Assembly (NCBI GenBank): GCA_964016885.1
Contig: OZ024743.1
Coordinates: forward strand, 92,442,001 to 92,506,000
Source of the DNA: Eledone cirrhosa
Taxonomy: Eukaryota
Length of the DNA: 64,000 bases
Direction: 5' to 3'
Made by a program: the position numbers and the translations under genes. Below, one piece after another: positions 1-7,824 of the stretch. The notes beneath the pieces are model-generated. The model was not told where the DNA came from. It saw only the letters and a list, made by a program, of their open reading frames with translations, and searched no databases. Position 1 is the stretch's first letter. Every line of letters begins with the position of its first letter.

Positions 1-140
1 CAACTGCTATCACTTTCGCATTTCCCTCTGAAAATATTAAATCGAAACGAAAGAAAGTATTGAGCCAACACTAAGTGTGTCGATCGGTCACATAACGGGT
101 TCCGGAGCCTACCTGTAATAGCTTTTGATACTAGAAAACA

Positions 141-235
141 CACTGGCAACCTTACTGCGGATGATAGCGAGTCTAAGAAGCTGATACAACCAAGCAGACT
201 CGCAGTCAGCGTCTGATACCTCGGTAAGGCGAGTG
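141..235 (+). other. Long imperfect inverted repeat / candidate structured RNA, one per unit
   Basis: Nested pairings: CACT(141-144)/AGTG(232-235), CCTTACTG(150-157)/CGGTAAGG(222-229), CGGA(158-161)/TCTG(212-215), TGAT(162-165)/GTCA(205-208), GCGAGTCT(167-174)/AGACTCGC(196-203). Function is unknown. Confidence 0.5.
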
Positions 236-275
236 GCCAACTATGACAAAAAGTTCGTTGTTAGTGGACCAGCTC

Positions 276-442
276 CTGCAAACGTCTTAGAAGCTACAGG
301 CTGGAAAAACATAGTTTGTTGATAATTTCCGATGTTTCAAAGTTATATTCCGTCCGCCTTCGGAAGTAGTGAGCCTGCTATATACTCTAGAAAATATTTA
401 TTGAACAAAGATTTGGCTGCTTTTTCTAGCATGTAAAATGAG
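276..442 (+). repeat. 167-bp intra-spacer direct repeat, copy A (in every unit)
   Basis: CTGCAAACGTCTTA...CTAGCATGTAAAATGAG aligns without gaps to 1138-1304, with 13 mismatches in this unit and 11 in most units. Confidence 0.95.
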
Positions 443-459
443 CACATTTCTTTAGAGCC

Positions 460-468
460 GTTCGAATC
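460..468 (+). promoter_or_regulatory. Isolated Pol III B-box-like motif GTTCGAATC
   Basis: Exact match to the tRNA T-loop/B-box core GTTCRANNC. No convincing A box or cloverleaf nearby, so it may be chance. Confidence 0.25.
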
Positions 469-767
469 GAAGATGATGGACATGTGTAATAATTAATTAG
501 GAATGGGTATCGTAGCTAGTTATTTGGCCGAGTTATATAAACAAAAAGAGAACATAAGTTTTAAAGACAGCAATATCGACAACTATGCGATACTCTCGTA
601 GTTAATAACGTGTGCTAATTTAAAAGTTAGATGAGATTCATGTAAAAGTTTATTAAGCAACCTAAATTGCTTGAAAATACTATGTTCTATGGTTGAAAGT
701 ATGAAAAATGTAAAATAGAAAATTAAAGTATAAAAATTACTGTAAAAGAAAGGTGTTTAGTGAGTGG

Positions 768-790
768 TTTTATACAATAAAACTATTAAA
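768..790 (+). promoter_or_regulatory. AT-rich TATA-like upstream element of the 5S gene (same position in all units)
   Basis: TTTTATACAATAAAACTATTAAA spans -39 to -17, with AATAAAA at -31 to -25 and C at -1. This is where TATA-like elements usually lie upstream of 5S genes. Confidence 0.45.
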
Positions 791-806
791 TTGAGTGTAA
801 GCTTTC

Positions 807-926
807 GTTTACGGCCATTTCCCGCTGAAAACACCGGTTCTCGTCCGATCACCGAAGTTAAGCAACGTCGAGCCTAGTTAGTACTTGGATGGGTGACCGC
901 TTGGGAACCCTAGGTGCCGTAAGCGT
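807..926 (+). rRNA. 5S rRNA: 5S rRNA copy 1 (A13U variant)
   Basis: GTTTACGGCCAT...CTCGTCCGATCACCGAAGTTAAGC...AGTACTTGGATGGGTGACCGCTTGGGAA...GCCGTAAGC carries the conserved eukaryotic 5S motifs. Helix I GUUUACGGC/GCCGUAAGC pairs fully and an oligo-T run follows. The 3' end is uncertain by 1-2 nt. Confidence 0.97.
856..903 (+). promoter_or_regulatory. Pol III type 1 internal control region: box A, intermediate element, box C (in every copy)
   Basis: Box A +50-64 AGTTAAGCAACGTCG, IE +67-72 CCTAGT and box C +80-97 TGGATGGGTGACCGCTTG, assigned by position from the Xenopus ICR model. No variants seen among copies. Confidence 0.85.
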
Positions 927-936
927 TTATTTTTTT
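926..936 (+). terminator. Pol III oligo-T terminator (every copy); backup T-runs at 950-954 and 963-972
   Basis: TTTATTTTTTT lies directly after helix I, and further T4-T6 runs follow. Confidence 0.9.
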
Positions 937-971
937 AAAAAGTTAATTTCTTTTCAGAGCTGTTTATTTTT

Positions 972-1014
972 TACTTGGGTGAGCGCTTAGGAAACCGAGC
1001 TGCTGTAAACATTT
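972..1014 (+). pseudogene. Truncated degenerate 5S fragment (3' third, about +84 to +122); present in all 46 units at gene start +165 to +207
   Basis: TGGGTGAGCGCTTAGGAAACCGAGCTGCTGTAAACATTT (976-1014) versus gene TGGGTGACCGCTTGGGAACCCTAGGTGCCGTAAGCGTTT (890-928) is 31/39 identical without gaps. It is followed by its own T-rich tract. Confidence 0.85.
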
Positions 1015-1137
1015 CCCTTTTTCTTTCTTTAGTTAGTTTGATTTGCAAGCTTTTCTCTCCAGTGTCTGTTAGTTTCAAAATAATTATGCACGCAAACTTT
1101 TTCCTTTCTTTCAACTCTACCCTTCGCATACACACTA

Positions 1138-1304
1138 CTGCAAACGTCTTATAGGCTACCGACTGCAAAAACAGAGTTTGTTGATAATTTCAGATATTTC
1201 GAACTTTTATTCCGTCCGCCTTCGAAAGTAGTGAGCCTGCTATATACGCTAGAAAATATTTATTGAACAAAGATTTGGCTGCTTTTTCTAGCATGTAAAA
1301 TGAG
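1138..1304 (+). repeat. 167-bp intra-spacer direct repeat, copy B (in every unit)
   Basis: About 92-93% identical to 276-442 and 1655-1821. The last 56 bp are identical. It contains the inverted repeat GCTAGAAAA...TTTTCTAGC. Confidence 0.95.
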
Positions 1305-2185
1305 GGTCCATTTATACCACTTTCCATCCTAATCAGAAACCATCATTTTAACACCGAGATTCAAAGAAAAGCTCCCATCACAACTGCTATCACTTTCGCA
1401 TTTCCCTCTGAAAATATTAAGTCGAAACGAAAGAAAGTATTGAGCCAACACTAAGTGTGTCTATCGGTCACATAACGGGTTCCGGAGCCTACCTCTAATA
1501 GCTTTTGACACTAGAAAACACACTGGCAACCTTACTGCGGATGATAGCGAGTCTAAGAAGCTGATACAACCAAGCACACTCGCAGTCAGCGTCTGATACC
1601 TCGGTAAGGCGAGTGACAACTATGACAAAAAGTTCGTTGTTAGTGGACCAGCTCCTGCAAACGTCTTAGAAGCTACAGGCTGGAAAAACATAGTTTGTTG
1701 ATAATTTCCGATGTTTCAAAGTTATATTCCGTCCGCCTTCGGAAGTAGTGAGCCTGTTATATACTCTAGAAAATATTTATTGAACAAAGATTTGGCTGCT
1801 TTTTCTAGCATGTAAAATGAGCACATTTCTTTAGAGCCGTTCGAATCGAAGATGATGGACATGTGTAATAATTAATTCGGAATGGGTATCGTAGCTAGTT
1901 ATTTGGCCGAGTTATATAAACAAAAAGAGAACATAAGTTTTAAAGACAGCAATATCGACAACTATGCGATACTCTCGTAGTTAATAACGTGTGCTAATTT
2001 ATAAGTTAGATGAGATTTATGTAAAAGTTTATTAAGCAACCTAAATTGCTTGAAAATACTATGTTCTATGGTTGAAAGTATGAAAAATGTAAAACAGAAA
2101 ATTAAAGTATAAAAATTACTGTAAAAGAAAGGTGTTTAGTGAGTTGTTTTATACAATAAAACTATTAAATTGAGTGTAAGATTTC

Positions 2186-2305
2186 GTTTACGGCCATATC
2201 CCGCTGAAAACACCGGTTCTCGTCCGATCACCGAAGTTAAGCAACGTCGAGCCTAGTTAGTACTTGGATGGGTGACCGCTTGGGAACCCTAGGTGCCGTA
2301 AGCGT
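2186..2305 (+). rRNA. 5S rRNA: 5S rRNA copy 2
   Basis: Array-consensus 5S sequence followed by an oligo-T terminator. Confidence 0.97.
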
Positions 2306-3565
2306 TTATTTTTTTAAAAAATTAATTTCTTTTCAGAGCTGTTTATTTTTTACTTGGGTGAGCGCTTAGGAAACCGAGCTGCTGTAAACATTTCCCTTTT
2401 TCTTTCTTTAGTTAGTTTGATTTGCAAGCTTTTCTCTCCACTGTCTGTTAGTTTCAAAATAATTATGCACGCAAACTTTTTCCTTTCTTTCAACTCTACC
2501 CTTCGCATACACACTACTGCAAACGTCTTATAGGCTACCGACTGCAAAAACAGAGTTTGTTGATAATTTCAGATATTTCAAACTTTTATTCCGTCTGCCT
2601 TCGGAAGTAGTGAGCCTGCTATATACGCTAGAAAATATTTATTGAACAAAGATTTGGCTGCTTTTTCTAGCATGTAAAATGAGGGTCAATTTATACCACT
2701 TTCCATCCTAATCAGAAACCATCAAGTTAACACCGAGATTCAAAGAAAAGCTCCCATCACAACTGCTATCACTTTCGCATTTCCCTCTGAAAATATTAAA
2801 TCGAAACGAAAGAAAGTATTGAGCCAACACTAAGTGTGTCGATCGGTCACATAACGGGTTCCGGAGCCTACCTGTAATAGCTTTTGATACTAGAAAACAC
2901 ACTGGCAACCTTACTGCGGATGATAGCGAGTCTAAGAAGCTGATACAACCAAGCAGACTCGCAGTCAGCGTCTGATACCTCGGTAAGGCGAGTGGCCAAC
3001 TATGACAAAAAGTTCGTTGTTAGTGGACCAGCTCCTGCAAACGTCTTAGAAGCTACAGGCTGGAAAAACATAGTTTGTTGATAATTTCCGATGTTTCAAA
3101 GTTATATTCCGTCCGCCTTCGGAAGTAGTGAGCCTGCTATATACTCTAGAAAATATTTATTGAACAAAGATTTGGCTGCTTTTTCTAGCATGTAAAATGA
3201 GCACATTTCTTTAGAGCCGTTCGAATCGAAGATGATGGACATGTGTAATAATTAATTAGGAATGGGTATCGTAGCTAGTTATTTGGCCGAGTTATATAAA
3301 CAAAAAGAGAACATAAGTTTTAAAGACAGCAATATCGACAACTATGCGATACTCTCGTAGTTAATAACGTGTGCTAATTTAAAAGTTAGATGAGATTCAT
3401 GTAAAAGTTTATTAAGCAACCTAAATTGCTTGAAAATACTATGTTCTATGGTTGAAAGTATGAAAAATGTAAAATAGAAAATTAAAGTATAAAAATTACT
3501 GTAAAAGAAAGGTGTTTAGTGAGTGGTTTTATACAATAAAACTATTAAATTGAGTGTAAGCTTTC

Positions 3566-3685
3566 GTTTACGGCCATTTCCCGCTGAAAACACCGGTTCT
3601 CGTCCGATCACCGAAGTTAAGCAACGTCGAGCCTAGTTAGTACTTGGATGGGTGACCGCTTGGGAACCCTAGGTGCCGTAAGCGT
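3566..3685 (+). rRNA. 5S rRNA: 5S rRNA copy 3 (A13U variant)
   Basis: 5S sequence with GGCCATTTCC. Confidence 0.97.
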
Positions 3686-4944
3686 TTATTTTTTTAAAAA
3701 GTTAATTTCTTTTCAGAGCTGTTTATTTTTTACTTGGGTGAGCGCTTAGGAAACCGAGCTGCTGTAAACATTTCCCTTTTTCTTTCTTTAGTTAGTTTGA
3801 TTTGCAAGCTTTTCTCTCCAGTGTCTGTTAGTTTCAAAATAATTATGCACGCAAACTTTTTCCTTTCTTTCAACTCTACCCTTCGCATACACACTACTGC
3901 AAACGTCTTATAGGCTACCGACTGCAAAAACAGAGTTTGTTGATAATTTCAGATATTTCGAACTTTTATTCCGTCCGCCTTCGAAAGTAGTGAGCCTGCT
4001 ATATACGCTAGAAAATATTTATTGAACAAAGATTTGGCTGCTTTTTCTAGCATGTAAAATGAGGGTCCATTTATACCACTTTCCATCCTAATCAGAAACC
4101 ATCATTTTAACACCGAGATTCAAAGAAAAGCTCCCATCACAACTGCTATCACTTTCGCATTTCCCTCTGAAAATATTAAGTCGAAACGAAAGAAAGTATT
4201 GAGCCAACACTAAGTGTGTCTATCGGTCACATAACGGGTTCCGGAGCCTACCTCTAATAGCTTTTGACACTAGAAAACACACTGGCAACCTTACTGCGGA
4301 TGATAGCGAGTCTAAGAAGCTGATACAACCAAGCACACTCGCAGTCAGCGTCTGATACCTCGGTAAGGCGAGTGACAACTATGACAAAAAGTTCGTTGTT
4401 AGTGGACCAGCTCCTGCAAACGTCTTAGAAGCTACAGGCTGGAAAAACAGAGTTTGTTGATAATTTCCGATGTTTCAAAGTTATATTCCGTCCGCTTTCG
4501 GAAGTAGTGAGCCTGCTATATACTCTAGAAAATATTTATTGAACAAAGATTTGGCTGCTTTTTCTAGCATGTAAAATGAGCACATTTCTTTAGAGCCGTT
4601 CGAATCGAAGATGATGGACATGTGTAATAATTAATTCGGAATGGGTATCGTAGCTAGTTATTTGGCCGAGTTATATAAACAAAAAGAGAACATAAGTTTT
4701 AAAGACAGCAATATCGACAACTATGCGATACTCTCGTAGTTAATAACGTGTGCTAATTTATAAATTAGATGAGATTTATGTAAAAGTTTATTAAGCAACC
4801 TAAATTGCTTGAAAATACTATGTTCTATGGTTGAAAGTATGAAAAATGTAAAACAGAAAATTAAAGTATAAAAATTACTGTAAAAGAAAGGTGTTTAGTG
4901 AGTTGTTTTATACAATAAAACTATTAAATTGAGTGTAAGATATC

Positions 4945-5064
4945 GTTTACGGCCATATCCCGCTGAAAACACCGGTTCTCGTCCGATCACCGAAGTTAAG
5001 CAACGTCGAGCCTAGTTAGTACTTGGATGGGTGACCGCTTGGGAACCCTAGGTGCCGTAAGCGT
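4945..5064 (+). rRNA. 5S rRNA: 5S rRNA copy 4
   Basis: Array-consensus 5S sequence. Confidence 0.97.
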
Positions 5065-6324
5065 TTATTTTTTTAAAAAGTTAATTTCTTTTCAGAGCTA
5101 TTTATTTTTTAGTTCGGTGGCCGCTTAGGAAACCGAGCTGCTGTAAACATTTCCCTTTTTCTTTCTTTAGTTAGTTTGATTTGCAAGCTTTTCTCTCCAG
5201 TGTCTGTTAGTTTCAAAATAATTATGCACGCAAACTTTTTCCTTTCTTTCAACTCTACCCTTCGCATACACACTACTGCAAACGTCTTATAGGCTACCGA
5301 CTGCAAAAACAGAGTTTGTTGATAATTTCAGATATTTCAAACTTTTATTCCGTCTGCCTTCGGAAGTAGTGAGCCTGCTATATACGCTAGAAAATATTTA
5401 TTGAACAAAGATTTGGCTGCTTTTTCTAGCATGTAAAATGAGGGTCCATTTATACCACTTTCCATCCTAATAAGAAACCATCATTTTAACACCGAGATTC
5501 AAAGAAAAGCTCCCATCACAACTGCTATCACTTTCGCATTTCCCTCTGAAAATATTAAATCGAAACGAAAGAAAGTATTGAGCCAACACTAAGTGTGTCG
5601 ATCGGTCACATAACGGGTTCCGGAGCCTACCTGTAATAGCTTTTGATACTAGAAAACACACTGGCAACCTTACTGCGGATGATAGCGAGTCTAAGAAGCT
5701 GATACAACCAAGCACACTCGCAGTCAGCGTCTGATACCTCGGTAAGGCGAGTGGCCAACTATGACAAGAAGTTCGTTGTTAGTGGACCAGCTCCTGCAAA
5801 CGTCTTAGAAGCTACAGGCTGGAAAAACATAGTTTGTTGATAATTTCCGATGTTTCAAAGTTATATTCCGTCCGCCTTCGGAAGTAGTGAGCCTGCTATA
5901 TACTCTAGAAAATATTTATTGAACAAAGATTTGGCTGCTTTTTCTAGCATGTAAAATGAGCACATTTCTTTAGAGCCGTTCGAATCGAAGATGATGGACA
6001 TGTGTAATAATTAATTCGGAATGGGTATCGTAGCTAGTTATTTGGCCGAGTTATATAAACAAAAAGAGAACATAAGTTTTAAAGACAGCAATATCGACAA
6101 CTATGCGATACTCTCGTAGTTAATAACGTGTGCTAATTTATAAGTTAGATGAGATTTATGTAAAAGTTTATTAAGCAACCTAAATTGCTTGAAAATACTA
6201 TGTTCTATGGTTGAAAGTATGAAAAATGTAAAACAGAAAATTAAAGTATAAAAATTACTGTAAAAGAAAGGTGTTTAGTGAGTTGTTTTATACAATAAAA
6301 CTATTAAATTGAGTGTAAGATTTC

Positions 6325-6444
6325 GTTTACGGCCATATCCCGCTGAAAACACCGGTTCTCGTCCGATCACCGAAGTTAAGCAACGTCGAGCCTAGTTAGT
6401 ACTTGGATGGGTGACCGCTTGGGAACCCTAGGTGCCGTAAGCGT
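6325..6444 (+). rRNA. 5S rRNA: 5S rRNA copy 5
   Basis: Array-consensus 5S sequence. Confidence 0.97.
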
Positions 6445-7704
6445 TTATTTTTTTAAAAAATTAATTTCTTTTCAGAGCTGTTTATTTTTTACTTGGGTGA
6501 GCGCTTAGGAAACCGAGCTGCTGTAAACATTTCCCTTTTTCTTTCTTTAGTTAGTTTGATTTGCAAGCTTTTCTCTCCACTGTCTGTTAGTTTCAAAATA
6601 ATTATGCACGCAAACTTTTTCCTTTCTTTCAACTCTACCCTTCGCATACACACTACTGCAAACGTCTTATAGGCTACCGACTGCAAAAACAGAGTTTGTT
6701 GATAATTTCAGATATTTCAAACTTTTATTCCGTCTGCCTTCGGAAGTAGTGAGCCTGCTATATACGCTAGAAAATATTTATTGAACAAAGATTTGGCTGC
6801 TTTTTCTAGCATGTAAAATGAGGGTCAATTTATACCACTTTCCATCCTAATCAGAAACCATCAAGTTAACACCGAGATTCAAAGAAAAGCTCCCATCACA
6901 ACTGCTATCACTTTCGCATTTCCCTCTGAAAATATTAAATCGAAACGAAAGAAAGTATTGAGCCAACACTAAGTGTGTCGATCGGTCACATAACGGGTTC
7001 CGGAGCCTACCTGTAATAGCTTTTGATACTAGAAAACACACTGGCAACCTTACTGCGGATGATAGCGAGTCTAAGAAGCTGATACAACCAAGCAGACTCG
7101 CAGTCAGCGTCTGATACCTCGGTAAGGCGAGTGGCCAACTATGACAAAAAGTTCGTTGTTAGTGGACCAGCTCCTGCAAACGTCTTAGAAGCTACAGGCT
7201 GGAAAAACATAGTTTGTTGATAATTTCCGATGTTTCAAAGTTATATTCCGTCCGCCTTCGGAAGTAGTGAGCCTGCTATATACTCTAGAAAATATTTATT
7301 GAACAAAGATTTGGCTGCTTTTTCTAGCATGTAAAATGAGCACATTTCTTTAGAGCCGTTCGAATCGAAGATGATGGACATGTGTAATAATTAATTAGGA
7401 ATGGGTATCGTAGCTAGTTATTTGGCCGAGTTATATAAACAAAAAGAGAACATAAGTTTTAAAGACAGCAATATCGACAACTATGCGATACTCTCGTAGT
7501 TAATAACGTGTGCTAATTTAAAAGTTAGATGAGATTCATGTAAAAGTTTATTAAGCAACCTAAATTGCTTGAAAATACTATGTTCTATGGTTGAAAGTAT
7601 GAAAAATGTAAAATAGAAAATTAAAGTATAAAAATTACTGTAAAAGAAAGGTGTTTAGTGAGTGGTTTTATACAATAAAACTATTAAATTGAGTGTAAGC
7701 TTTC

Positions 7705-7824
7705 GTTTACGGCCATTTCCCGCTGAAAACACCGGTTCTCGTCCGATCACCGAAGTTAAGCAACGTCGAGCCTAGTTAGTACTTGGATGGGTGACCGCTT
7801 GGGAACCCTAGGTGCCGTAAGCGT
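7705..7824 (+). rRNA. 5S rRNA: 5S rRNA copy 6 (A13U variant)
   Basis: 5S sequence with GGCCATTTCC. Confidence 0.97.

Noticed and set aside
161-208. SECIS element (ATGA, stem, AAGAA bulge, small apical stem)
   Set aside because: The 3' strand opposite UGAU is GUCA, not NGAN, so the tandem G.A quartet cannot form. There is also no selenoprotein context.
141-240. Self-cleaving ribozyme (hammerhead, HDV-like, twister) on either strand
   Set aside because: No CUGANGA plus GAAA core and no recognisable pseudoknot pattern by eye. An Rfam scan would settle it.
220-420. Spliced-leader RNA (donor-like CG/GTAAGG at about 222-229; Sm-like AGATTTGG at about 409-416)
   Set aside because: The two motifs are about 190 nt apart, too far for a typical SL RNA, and there is no Sm site close to the donor. 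A divergent SL RNA cannot be excluded without mRNA 5'-end data.
430-500. tRNA gene around GTTCGAATC
   Set aside because: No T-stem beyond 2 bp, no acceptor or D stem, and no A box.
459-530. Second ancient 5S relic (CGTTCGA..CGAAG...ATGGGT with 5S-like spacing)
   Set aside because: Only about 55% identity with gaps, and it overlaps the competing B-box and U4-like readings. Not distinguishable from chance.
581-672. Small hairpins AACTATG/CGTAGTT and AAGCAA/TTGCTT, and the box-A-like 9-mer TTAAGCAAC (653-661)
   Set aside because: Short AT-rich matches of this size are expected by chance in a 1.4-kb unit.
700-750. Phased A-tract bent DNA upstream of 5S
   Set aside because: A-tracts are present but irregularly spaced (about 6-12 bp) rather than at a consistent helical repeat.
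971-1168. 65-aa minus-strand ORF (MQSVAYK...) repeated 46 times
   Set aside because: It starts at TTG, is the antisense reading of the T-rich spacer and the 5S pseudo-fragment, and has no recognisable domain. It recurs only because the DNA unit recurs.
1175-1300. H/ACA snoRNA on the minus strand of the direct repeat (hairpin then ATAGCA)
   Set aside because: ANANNA and ACA are very common in AT-rich DNA, and no convincing second hairpin or pseudouridylation pocket is visible.
2708-2908. 63-82 aa minus-strand ORFs (MPVCFLV..., MLGCISF..., MLAQYFL...)
   Set aside because: They are open only in a minority of haplotypes, interrupted by stops in most units, use non-ATG starts and resemble no family I recognise.
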